DNA from: a virus
Lineage: Duplodnaviria; Caudoviricetes
DNA length: 36,255 bases
Direction: 5' to 3' (one strand)
Virus record (IMG/VR): IMGVR_UViG_3300021476_000013
Coordinates: 1 to 36,255 of that record
Of the stretch, positions 1 through 8,296 are shown in pieces (position 1 is the stretch's first letter; the number at the start of each line of letters is the position of its first letter). The position numbers and the translations under genes were made by a program. The notes beneath the pieces are model-generated. The model searched no databases. It was given only the letters and a program-made list of their open reading frames with translations, and had not been told where the DNA came from.

Positions 1-59
1 AAAAAAAAAAAAAAGAAAAAAGGAAAAAACAAGAGTCATTTTCCCCCCGTTTTTCTGTT

Positions 60-90
60 GGTTCGGGCCCGGTTCGACACCGGTTCAGGG
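60..90 (+). repeat. three GGTTC direct repeats at 11-bp spacing
   Basis: GGTTCGGGCCC / GGTTCGACACC / GGTTCAGGG starting at 60, 71 and 82. Confidence 0.55.
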
Positions 91-111
91 CAGTAAAACT
101 TACCGATCCTG

Positions 112-124
112 CAACCGATTGAAA
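112..124 (-). promoter_or_regulatory. possible IHF-like binding site
   Basis: Minus strand TTTCAATCGGTTG is one mismatch from the IHF consensus WATCAANNNNTTR; lies just upstream of the promoter. Confidence 0.3.
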
Positions 125-142
125 ACAAAGCGAAAAAAACCC

Positions 143-171
143 TTGCAGGGGGAGGGTACTTATGCTATACT
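143..171 (+). promoter_or_regulatory. sigma70-type early promoter
   Basis: TTGCAG (143-148), 17-nt spacer, TATACT (166-171) with extended -10 TG (163-164) and an A-rich UP-like tract upstream; directly precedes the first ORF (ATG 186). Confidence 0.8.
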
Positions 172-185
172 CAGCGTAACCCCAA

Positions 186-650
186 ATGGAATCAACACCT
201 TACAGACGAAAAAAATCTTTTGATTGGGTAAATCGGGCGGAACACGGCACAGAATCAGCCCAGGAGCGGCAAAAGAAACACAAAGCGATCCCATTCGCAA
301 CACTGAAAGTCACCAAGAGGAAAGACATGAGAATCAAAACGGGCGAGAAAATCACTGAGTTCACTAACAAGAAATACGAGAAACTGGAGCAAATAAACCC
401 AGAAATTCAGAAACTAGTCAACGAATGGGACAATCGATATACGACTAGCGATATCTATCGTGTCACATTTGAGGGGGGACTCATCATGGAAGTCGTTGGA
501 CCTCCAGGAGGCCTGCCTCAAAAATTACTCGCTGAAATATCTTGGGAGGAATACTCCATAGACCTTCCAATGCCAACTTGGACCTGCAAATATCAGGGAT
601 CTGGAGGTAGATTCCATGGAGTATGGATTGTAGAACATCCAGATCAATAG
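186..650 (+). CDS. hypothetical early protein
   Basis: 154-aa ORF directly after the promoter with a very short leader; no recognisable motif. Confidence 0.7.
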   Translation: MESTPYRRKKSFDWVNRAEHGTESAQERQKKHKAIPFATLKVTKRKDMRIKTGEKITEFTNKKYEKLEQINPEIQKLVNEWDNRYTTSDIYRVTFEGGLIMEVVGPPGGLPQKLLAEISWEEYSIDLPMPTWTCKYQGSGGRFHGVWIVEHPDQ

Positions 651-679
651 GATGGGATGTTACAAAGGGAACTCAAATC

Positions 680-1159
680 ATGAACTATACAAGATGCTCC
701 AGAATCGATGAAGCTATCCAATGTGAAACTTGGTTCCCCGCGGACGGAAATAGTCTCTGTCCAGACTGTAGAAAACTGCTCAACTCATCCGTTGCCGTCC
801 TCTCAGAAGAGACCAAAAAGAATTACATCGCTTTCATCAACGGCCATAGAGCCGAATGTAGCACGATGAATCTTACCCAATTACAGGATCATATTAAAGG
901 TCTCGAAACGAAAATGGAAGAGGTACGCGCTATAATTCAAACATCAAAGCAAGTCTTACGCGAGAAATTGGATGATTTGAATGATGAGCAACGAAAAGTC
1001 TTCCTCACCGAAATGAAGATGATGAAGCCTCTTAAGGCCCCTAAACAAAAGAAGGAAAGATTTTCCGGATACATCGGAGACCCATTGGGAATCGGAGACA
1101 TGTCAAGTTTACTCGAAAAATTCAAATTGGCGAGAGCCGCAAAGGAGAATGAATCGTGA
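680..1159 (+). CDS. hypothetical protein, N-terminal Zn finger plus coiled coil
   Basis: Start moved to ATG 680 (AAGGGA upstream); C..C..CPDC motif then heptad-like helical region. Confidence 0.7.
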   Translation: MNYTRCSRIDEAIQCETWFPADGNSLCPDCRKLLNSSVAVLSEETKKNYIAFINGHRAECSTMNLTQLQDHIKGLETKMEEVRAIIQTSKQVLREKLDDLNDEQRKVFLTEMKMMKPLKAPKQKKERFSGYIGDPLGIGDMSSLLEKFKLARAAKENES

Positions 1160-1308
1160 AATATCACTATCGAATGCACTTCGTTGATTTCGTGTACAAT
1201 CGGATCAACACCGGATGGGGTGAAGACATCTTTGATGTCGAAAAGGAATTCAAGAAAAATGTAAAATTACCGAAATACATCGTTTGCAGCTATTGGGAGA
1301 AAATATGA
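1156..1308 (+). CDS. small hypothetical protein (50 aa, not in ORF track)
   Basis: AAGGAG SD, GTGA overlap with upstream stop and ATGA overlap with next start; MKYHYRMHFVDFVYNRINTGWGEDIF... Confidence 0.7.
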   Translation: MKYHYRMHFVDFVYNRINTGWGEDIFDVEKEFKKNVKLPKYIVCSYWEKI

Positions 1309-1541
1309 ACGTTAACGATGATCGCCCAAGATACGTTAAACTTGGATTCAGCGATTGGAAAGCAATCTTAGACATGTTCGAAGATTACGATTCCGACGGG
1401 AATCTCAGCGAACAGGAGAAAGTCACTCAAGCAAAAGTTGCTCAAATCATCGAAAACATGAGAGCTGCATTGGAACTGGGCAAAGCAAAATGTGACTACA
1501 AAAAAATTGCCCGTGATTTGATGAAGGAGAGAAATGAATAA
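1305..1541 (+). CDS. hypothetical protein
   Basis: ATG 1305 with GGAG SD and ATGA coupling. Confidence 0.7.
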   Translation: MNVNDDRPRYVKLGFSDWKAILDMFEDYDSDGNLSEQEKVTQAKVAQIIENMRAALELGKAKCDYKKIARDLMKERNE

Positions 1542-1746
1542 CGAAACGAATGTCGAAAAAACGTTTTCCATATTCTTCAAAGGAGAATGGATAGGGAACC
1601 TTTATTGGATAACAGATATAAAACACGATAAAGATAGTGGCTGCTACCACGTTTATCATAAAAATGTCAATATCGTGGGTTTGTGTCCAGAAGTGACGGT
1701 AATAGAGGAACGAACAAAGGTAAGCCATAAACCACTGTATCTCTGA
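1534..1746 (+). CDS. hypothetical protein
   Basis: AAGGAG SD; overlaps upstream stop. Confidence 0.65.
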   Translation: MNNETNVEKTFSIFFKGEWIGNLYWITDIKHDKDSGCYHVYHKNVNIVGLCPEVTVIEERTKVSHKPLYL

Positions 1747-1752
1747 AAAAAA

Positions 1753-3330
1753 ATGACAAGCACAATTCTTTCAACTAAATGCCCATCATGCGGAAAGAAG
1801 TTTGAGTCCGATCACGAAGTTCATCTACGCGGAATTGTTGTGCAGGTCGGAAAGTGCGGCCACCTCATCCATTCCTCCGAATTGGCGCAGCGCGCCCCAG
1901 AATCAATTGTTTCTTTGGACAAAAAGAAACTATACCCCTTCCAAAACGACGGAGTTCGATTCATTGAGCAAAGCTCTGCACGTGTTTTAATCGCCGATGA
2001 AATGGGGTTGGGAAAAACTGTGCAGGCGTTAGCGACAATTGCTCTACATCCTGAAGAACTAACACCATTTATAGTTGTTGCTAAGAGTTCACTTAAAATT
2101 CAATGGCAGCATGAGATCATTCGATGGTTAGGGCCTTCAGGTATCAGTCAAATAGTTGACGATTCAAAGACTCCCTTCCTCCCAGGATTTCTGGCCTACA
2201 TTGTCAGCTACGATCTACTCCCTCGACTCATCAAAAAGAATGGAGCTAGCAGCTTACGTTTAGGAGCTAAACTTTTAATTCTAGATGAGATTCAACAAAT
2301 CAAAAACAATGATGCCAATAGAACAATAGCGGTGCGCGCGTTGAGTAAAGAAGTGGAGCACATCATCGCTCTAAGTGGCACACCAATAAAAAATCGAGCG
2401 AGTGAATACTTTCCAATTCTCAATATCCTACATCCTGAAATCTTTCCGACATTTTCTGCTTTCCAGATGAAGTGGTGCGATAGTTATTTTGATGGTTACC
2501 GCTGGAGATCAGGGGGTTTGGCGAATCCCAAAGAATTTCAGAAGAAGACTAAATCTTTCATCATTCGCCGTGAAAGAGCGGAAGTAATGCCCGATTTGCC
2601 CGCAATAGATCGACATTTTAGTTTTCACGAATTATCCAAACAAGTGGAAGCGGCGTATCAAGAAACATTTAAACAATTTAGGAATGACTATAACGTTAAC
2701 AATGAAGGGTTTGAAGCGGCAAGCAATATTCTTGCATACCTCTCCAAAATGCGATACCTTACAGGACTTAGTAAAGTCGATCCTTGTATCGACTTTTGCA
2801 TGGAATTCTTAGGGTCCAATGAACGAAAGCTTACAATCTTTGTACATCATCAAGATGTTGGAGAAATGTTGCTTCAGAAACTGCTTCATGTCATGAAAGA
2901 ATTGGAATTGGAGCGCCCGCTAAGAATAACATCGGATCTTTCGGGGGAGAAGAGGGCTGAAGTAGTAAACGAATTCACAAAAAATCCAAAATGCCGTATT
3001 TTGATCGCTAGCACCCTAGCGTCGGGGGAAGGTATAAATCTTCAAGTTTGTAGTGATTGCATCATACTGGAGCGTCAGTGGAATCCAGCGAATGAAGAGC
3101 AGGCTGAAGGGCGATTCAGTCGAATCGGACAACTTGCGGAATCTATCACAGCTACATATTTCCTAGCCATTGGAACAGTTGATGAATTCTTTAGCGAAAT
3201 TGTCGAGAGAAAGCGTGAGATAGTTAATTCAGTTTACAATGGATCTAGTGCAGCATGGGATCAGAGTTCTTTAATCAAAGAACTTGCGGAGGTTTTGGCT
3301 CAAAAGGGTGGTGAACGATGGAGAATTTAG
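1753..3330 (+). CDS. SNF2-family (HARP/SMARCAL1-like) helicase with N-terminal Zn ribbon
   Basis: LYPFQ Q-motif, ADEMGLGKT Walker A, LDEIQ Walker B, LSGTPIKN, GEGINLQ, WNPANEEQAEGRFSRIGQ; N-terminal CPSC...CGH. Confidence 0.93.
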   Translation: MTSTILSTKCPSCGKKFESDHEVHLRGIVVQVGKCGHLIHSSELAQRAPESIVSLDKKKLYPFQNDGVRFIEQSSARVLIADEMGLGKTVQALATIALHPEELTPFIVVAKSSLKIQWQHEIIRWLGPSGISQIVDDSKTPFLPGFLAYIVSYDLLPRLIKKNGASSLRLGAKLLILDEIQQIKNNDANRTIAVRALSKEVEHIIALSGTPIKNRASEYFPILNILHPEIFPTFSAFQMKWCDSYFDGYRWRSGGLANPKEFQKKTKSFIIRRERAEVMPDLPAIDRHFSFHELSKQVEAAYQETFKQFRNDYNVNNEGFEAASNILAYLSKMRYLTGLSKVDPCIDFCMEFLGSNERKLTIFVHHQDVGEMLLQKLLHVMKELELERPLRITSDLSGEKRAEVVNEFTKNPKCRILIASTLASGEGINLQVCSDCIILERQWNPANEEQAEGRFSRIGQLAESITATYFLAIGTVDEFFSEIVERKREIVNSVYNGSSAAWDQSSLIKELAEVLAQKGGERWRI

Positions 3331-3509
3331 GGCTAGTAAAAATAGAGATTGCGTATGATCTATATGTTAACGATTGCTATTCAGGAACAATATGGGCTTG
3401 GGAAACCCGTAAAACAGATTATCAATTGGACTTCCTGGATGAATATGGAAGGATATCAGCAATTATTTGGTTAGATCCCGGAATCGAGATTCGTCGAGCA
3501 ACCACATGA
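3318..3509 (+). CDS. hypothetical protein
   Basis: 63-aa ORF coupled to both neighbours. Confidence 0.6.
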   Translation: MENLGLVKIEIAYDLYVNDCYSGTIWAWETRKTDYQLDFLDEYGRISAIIWLDPGIEIRRATT

Positions 3510-4390
3510 GAACCATTAACCTAGATTCACAAATACTTAATTCAATTCAATCTTGTGCAAGAAAAACTGAGTTATCTTTCATCAACCAAATAGCGCCCAT
3601 TGACAAAGCGGAAGCTTTAGAACGTGGAGATTTAATGCATAAATTATTAGAATTATATTACTCTCTTAAATCCGGTCTACGAAATAACAGCGATACTTTC
3701 CTTTCATTGGGCGAAGCTGGATTCAGGATCCCCAATACATCCGATGGCAACAATCTTTCATTTATTCTCGAAGCAGGTAGATTCTTTACATCAAAAATGA
3801 ATTTAGATCTAGCTGAATCAGAAGAAATTATGTATCAATTTTCTGAATATGTTAGATTTTACGAAAATGACGCTTGGAACCCTCTCGCTGTTGAAGAAAT
3901 AGGATCAAAAATGATTTTTGAAGATTCCGAACTGCGTATAATATATTCCTACAAAATTGATATGATTGCGGAGAATGGCAAACTTCAATGTCCCTGGGAC
4001 CATAAAACTTCAAAGCGGCGTCAAGATCCTTCAAGTTTGTCCAATCAATTCATGGGATATGCTACTATGACTAATTCTCCTTACATTCTAATTAACAAAA
4101 TTGGCTTCCAAAAAACCCTTGAACCAAAAGATCGTTTTCAACGACATATAATTACCTATGATGAAACTCGATTGAAAGAGTGGCTTGATAATACAATATG
4201 GTGGGCGCGTTTGCTGGATCATTATCTTCAGACTAATGAATGGCCCATGAATTTGACTTCTTGCGATAAATATGCGGGTTGCATTTTTTCGCAAATCTGT
4301 GAAAGCTCTCCAGAAAGTAGAGAATGGAAAGTTGCACGAGATTACAAGAAAGGAGAAACCTGGGATGTCGCTAAAATCCTAGAAAGCTAA
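3506..4390 (+). CDS. Cas4/AddB-like PD-(D/E)XK exonuclease with Fe-S cysteines
   Basis: Start at ATG 3506 (ATGA overlap); N-terminal CARK, RGDLMH, KIDMI...DHKT nuclease core, C-terminal C-x5-C-x5-C. Confidence 0.85.
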   Translation: MRTINLDSQILNSIQSCARKTELSFINQIAPIDKAEALERGDLMHKLLELYYSLKSGLRNNSDTFLSLGEAGFRIPNTSDGNNLSFILEAGRFFTSKMNLDLAESEEIMYQFSEYVRFYENDAWNPLAVEEIGSKMIFEDSELRIIYSYKIDMIAENGKLQCPWDHKTSKRRQDPSSLSNQFMGYATMTNSPYILINKIGFQKTLEPKDRFQRHIITYDETRLKEWLDNTIWWARLLDHYLQTNEWPMNLTSCDKYAGCIFSQICESSPESREWKVARDYKKGETWDVAKILES

Positions 4391-4663
4391 ATGAATCATA
4401 TCCATAAATATGAGCGTGTTGAGGTTGGCAAAAGGGGGCATATAATTTATAAATGCATGCTTCCATCATGTCCTCATTTCCTACCCAATGTCGAATTAGT
4501 AATAAATAGATTGTCCCTTTGTTGGGGATGCGAGAAAACCATTGAAGTTACCAAGGAAATGTTTCAATCCAATCTAAAGCATTTCCTATGCAGTAATTGT
4601 AGAAATGATCGAAAAGAAAGGCGAGCAGCATTAATCGCGCTGACCAAAGATGCCAACGATTAG
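4391..4663 (+). CDS. Zn-finger protein
   Basis: HIHKY...CMLPSC...CWGC...CSNC. Confidence 0.7.
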   Translation: MNHIHKYERVEVGKRGHIIYKCMLPSCPHFLPNVELVINRLSLCWGCEKTIEVTKEMFQSNLKHFLCSNCRNDRKERRAALIALTKDAND

Positions 4664-4859
4664 TGATGAGACTGTCAAAGTTTTACTTAGGAATAATGGA
4701 TTCTATCTTGGGGATCCTCAGATATTCCCAATTTCACGTTATTGGAATCCAGTATATAAAAATTCTTCCCTCCACGTTGCATACTCCCCTCAAGAAGTAA
4801 TCAACCTAAATATCTATCCCTTTGTTTCAAATATAGAAGTCTTAGGGATGAGGAATTAA
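4650..4859 (+). CDS. hypothetical protein
   Basis: 69-aa ORF overlapping the upstream gene end. Confidence 0.6.
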   Translation: MPTISDETVKVLLRNNGFYLGDPQIFPISRYWNPVYKNSSLHVAYSPQEVINLNIYPFVSNIEVLGMRN

Positions 4860-4898
4860 CAAAGAAAGGTGTAATTTTGATGAGAGGTATAAATTGAA

Positions 4899-5666
4899 AT
4901 GACAGGATTTTTTGCAATCTTCAAAGGAGAATCAGGATCGGGAAAATCAGTAGCAGCCTATTCTTTTCCAAATCCCTTTGTATTTGATTTTGATCAGAAA
5001 ATGCCATCAATCGCGGAAAAGCATTTCCCGGGAAAGAAAATTGATTATGAAATGTTCGATTCTGTCTTCGATGTAGCAAACAAATTAACTGAATTCCAAA
5101 AAGACTGCCCCTATGAGACACTTATTGGGGATTCATTTACAGCCTTAGTGACTCTCACGATGTCTTCCGTAGGAAAAATTAAAGGAGAATCAATTGCAAA
5201 GGTTTTAGCGCCAAGCAGCAAGTCAATAGATTTAATGGGAATTGATTATTATAATGCTGAAGATCGATTTGCAACATTTTTCATTGAGCAGCTAAAAAAA
5301 TTGTGGAGGCAGCCAGGAAATCCGAAACATATAATACTTACTGCTCATGTAATGACTGTCGAAAGTGCACCTGACCTTAAAACCAAAATTATTACTCGAA
5401 ATAGATCTATAGTAACAAAAGGTCGAAAGGTCGCGGCGTGGCTACCCACCGAATTCGACAATATGTTTATGTTTGGCGTGGAACCCCCGAACTTGGGAGA
5501 TATCAATCAAGCTCCAAAAAGGATTTGTATAACGGAAGCCTTCGGTGAAGATTCCGCTAAATGTTCATACAATTTTGATACCTATATTGATTTCACCAAA
5601 AAATCATTATTTGACGAATTATGCAAAAAAGTTCCTTCTTGGAGATCTGAACCTCCTGCCTTGTGA
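4899..5666 (+). CDS. Sak4-like (AAA_24) P-loop ATPase / annealing recombinase
   Basis: GESGSGKS Walker A, FDFD, IGDSFT Walker B, ILTAH; lies between the nuclease and the SSB-like gene. Confidence 0.8.
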   Translation: MTGFFAIFKGESGSGKSVAAYSFPNPFVFDFDQKMPSIAEKHFPGKKIDYEMFDSVFDVANKLTEFQKDCPYETLIGDSFTALVTLTMSSVGKIKGESIAKVLAPSSKSIDLMGIDYYNAEDRFATFFIEQLKKLWRQPGNPKHIILTAHVMTVESAPDLKTKIITRNRSIVTKGRKVAAWLPTEFDNMFMFGVEPPNLGDINQAPKRICITEAFGEDSAKCSYNFDTYIDFTKKSLFDELCKKVPSWRSEPPAL

Positions 5667-5751
5667 CATAGATATTTTTAGTGGTACTCATTTCAGTATC
5701 CAGAATTTGGAAGCGTGATAACTTTAAAGATTTAGGTGCAGCAGTCAAACC

Positions 5752-5844
5752 ATGAAACCTTCAATTTGGAGAGATATAGATGCTACTATAGGAGCTATAA
5801 TAATTCTAATAATAATTATTATAGCGCTTATCGCTCCAAGATAA
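5752..5844 (+). CDS. 30-aa single-TM membrane peptide (not in ORF track)
   Basis: MKPSIWRDIDATIGAIIILIIIIIALIAPR. Confidence 0.5.
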   Translation: MKPSIWRDIDATIGAIIILIIIIIALIAPR

Positions 5845-5846
5845 AG

Positions 5847-6014
5847 ATGTTTCAGACTTGGAAAGATATAAACAGCGTTGAAATAATCATAATGCTTCTA
5901 GCATGTCTCATCCCTGTAAGAAAAATGATAGATGAAGAAGAGAAAACTGCACTAATGATAGTCATATTCACTCTAATAGCAGTAATAATCATTTTAACGA
6001 TAGATTTGAGATAG
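5847..6014 (+). CDS. small membrane protein with two hydrophobic segments
   Basis: ATG 5847, 2 nt after the previous stop; MFQTWKDINSVEIIIMLLACLIP...ALMIVIFTLIAVIIILTIDLR. Confidence 0.55.
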   Translation: MFQTWKDINSVEIIIMLLACLIPVRKMIDEEEKTALMIVIFTLIAVIIILTIDLR

Positions 6015-6077
6015 AAAGTTCTACAGGTGGAGATCGGAAGCTCCAACTAACACTTACAATCAAAAAGGAGAAAAAAA

Positions 6078-6446
6078 ATGCCGACAGTAACATTTTCAGA
6101 GCAAGATTTACTTGAAAGGAATCAACTACCCGCTGGATGGTACAAGATGAAAGTTGAATCCGTCGATGAAGGTTTAGGTAAGAAAGATCCGACTTCAATC
6201 GTCTGGGAGATAAAGTTTATTATCACAGACGAAAAACAAACAAATACTCCCATTCGCCATTGGCTCAGCGAGAAGGCAAGGGGAAGAGTCGTCGATTTCG
6301 TCCGATGTTTCACCGGAGGAGAAGTAGAAAAAGAAAAGAAATATGAATTGAGTGAAACTATCGGAAGAGAGATCCTGGGATATACCCTATACGACCCGAA
6401 CCAAGGCTTCAATGTCATTAAAGACTTCAAGCCTATAGGGAGGTGA
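6078..6446 (+). CDS. DUF669-like single-stranded DNA-binding protein
   Basis: AAGGAG SD; LPAGWY..KV motif and OB-fold-like beta pattern; follows the Sak4-like gene. Confidence 0.7.
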   Translation: MPTVTFSEQDLLERNQLPAGWYKMKVESVDEGLGKKDPTSIVWEIKFIITDEKQTNTPIRHWLSEKARGRVVDFVRCFTGGEVEKEKKYELSETIGREILGYTLYDPNQGFNVIKDFKPIGR

Positions 6447-6450
6447 ATTC

Positions 6451-6645
6451 ATGGCAAAAGGAAAAGTCACTATCACGATAAATCCAATCCCCGCTGACTT
6501 AGAATTTGAAGGATACGGAGAAACTGAAGAAGAATTTCTTGAGTCCATCCGAGATGACATCGACGTTAGTGATTACATCAGCTTATCCGTAACGGATTTT
6601 GTTCCGGACTCCGCTGAGGAAAGTGATGAAGAAAAGATAGAGTAA
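6451..6645 (+). CDS. small, highly acidic protein
   Basis: GGAGGTG SD; about one third Asp/Glu. Confidence 0.75.
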   Translation: MAKGKVTITINPIPADLEFEGYGETEEEFLESIRDDIDVSDYISLSVTDFVPDSAEESDEEKIE

Positions 6646-6735
6646 GTTTATCGCTGCGCGCGAATAAAATATCGGATTAAACTCAAATTCGCCCTTGTGG
6701 AAGGAAAGAGCCACCGACGCGCACCTTTTATCAAA

Positions 6736-7956
6736 ATGAAGTTATCCCAAATCAAACCTCCAACTGGAACCTTTGATCCTGAAGAGATTCAGAGATTAGC
6801 TGATTCAATTAAATCTCAAACTCTACACCATCCTATAATTATTCGCGCAGATGGCGAAATTATTGCGGGAAGGAAAAGATTTCTTGCAGTTCAATCATTA
6901 GGATATGAAGAAATTGAAGTCAAAGTAGAACCATTAGACATTTCTATAGAGCGAATGCAAGAGATTTCACTCCACGAAAACCTCAGACGTTATAATCTCC
7001 CTTGGTACGAACAAGTTGTTATGGAAAAAGAGCTTCATGATCTTCGTATATCTCAATATGGTCAGCGTAAGTCGGGTCGTCCCTGGAAGAGAGAAGAGCA
7101 TTGGTCTATGTTGGACACGGCCGAAGAATTAAGAGTCTCAATGGGTACATTATCCCAAGATTTAAAGCTTGCAAATGCTCTAATCATTAATCCGGGGTTG
7201 TCTAAAGTCAAAGATAAAAAAACGGCTTTAAAATTAATTCAAAGGGCCACTAAAAAAGAATTAGCTGAATACGAATCTTTAAGCTCCAATGATATTCAGA
7301 TGGATCAGATTTTTCTAGGAGATTCGCTTAGTATATTAAATCAATTTTCAAGTGAATCATTCAATGCTTGCGTCACGGACCCACCATGGTCCTCTTTTTT
7401 GGATAAGTCTCTAACAGCAAATCCGAAGGATTTATTGCCTATATTTAAAGAAATTTATAGAGTTTTGAAAAGAAATTCTTTTTTATATATTTTCCTCCCC
7501 TTACCCGACCTTATAACCTATCGAGAAGAACTTCCAAAATTTGGCTTCACTGTGCAAGATTGGCCACTTATTTGGATTAAAGGAAACTGCTTAACTCATG
7601 GGGCGAGAGATTGGCAGCATATTCGAGATTACGAATTAATTATGGTAACAGTTAAAGGTTCTCCCATACTCAATGCCAATAAGGAAACATCTAGCATTCT
7701 AAACCATAATATTGTCCATCATTCTAAATCAATTCATCCAAATGAAAAACCAATTGAACTTTTGGAACAATTAATTGAAGAAGTATCATTTATAAATGGT
7801 AAAATTCTTGATCCCTTCGCCGGATCAGGTTCAACATTAGCTGCTTGTAAAAAGACGGGAAGAAAATTTATCGGGATTGAGAAAGAAAAGAAATTCTTTG
7901 AACTAATCGAGAGGAGATTAAGCAATGAAAACTTTGATCGAAACAATCCCACATAA
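6736..7956 (+). CDS. ParB/HTH - amino-methyltransferase (N6A/N4C, beta class) fusion
   Basis: LADSIKSQTLHHPIII..IIAGRKRFLA ParB box, ENLRR, HTH (DTAEELRVSMGTLSQ); MTase TDPPW, HPNEKP, LDPFAGSGST, FIGIE; start could be GTG 6697. Confidence 0.88.
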   Translation: MKLSQIKPPTGTFDPEEIQRLADSIKSQTLHHPIIIRADGEIIAGRKRFLAVQSLGYEEIEVKVEPLDISIERMQEISLHENLRRYNLPWYEQVVMEKELHDLRISQYGQRKSGRPWKREEHWSMLDTAEELRVSMGTLSQDLKLANALIINPGLSKVKDKKTALKLIQRATKKELAEYESLSSNDIQMDQIFLGDSLSILNQFSSESFNACVTDPPWSSFLDKSLTANPKDLLPIFKEIYRVLKRNSFLYIFLPLPDLITYREELPKFGFTVQDWPLIWIKGNCLTHGARDWQHIRDYELIMVTVKGSPILNANKETSSILNHNIVHHSKSIHPNEKPIELLEQLIEEVSFINGKILDPFAGSGSTLAACKKTGRKFIGIEKEKKFFELIERRLSNENFDRNNPT

Positions 7957-8296
7957 AGAGCAGAGTTACCCTACAATTGGAGATTGGGAATACGTTGATG
8001 AACAACTAGTAATAAAAGTATCTAAGTTGAACAACTTTTATTATGAATCTCTAATAGCAATTCATGAATTAATTGAAGCTATATTGTGTAAGAGATTTGA
8101 GATATCACAGTTAGATGTTGATATTTGGGATAAAAATTACGAAGGTGAAGGCGAACCTGGAGAAGATCCAAAATGTCCTTATTACACTCCTCATTTAATT
8201 GCAACTATGATAGAACAACAAATGTGTATGTATTTAAGATTAGATTGGCTTAAATATGAAGAAATTGTTAAAGCTGCTCTTGAAAGCTTACAATGA
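7925..8296 (+). CDS. HExxE zincin-like metalloprotein
   Basis: YPTIGDW, IAIHELIEA, EPGED..CPY..PH..AT..E. Confidence 0.6.
   Translation: MKTLIETIPHKEQSYPTIGDWEYVDEQLVIKVSKLNNFYYESLIAIHELIEAILCKRFEISQLDVDIWDKNYEGEGEPGEDPKCPYYTPHLIATMIEQQMCMYLRLDWLKYEEIVKAALESLQ

Noticed and set aside
1-29. Functional poly-A tract
   Set aside because: It lies at the window edge and cannot be distinguished from a contig-end artefact
55-100. tRNA gene or tRNA-derived attP suggested by GGTTCGA
   Set aside because: Only a 4-bp T-arm-like hairpin; no D arm, anticodon arm or acceptor stem, and no integrase in the window
3506-4390. CRISPR-Cas system (Cas4)
   Set aside because: No array or other cas genes; solo Cas4-like nucleases next to Sak4 and SSB are a normal phage recombination module
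5736-5846. N-terminal part of the 92-aa track ORF (YNNSNNNYY)
   Set aside because: Off-frame reading of the Ile-rich 30-aa peptide; the likely start is ATG 5847
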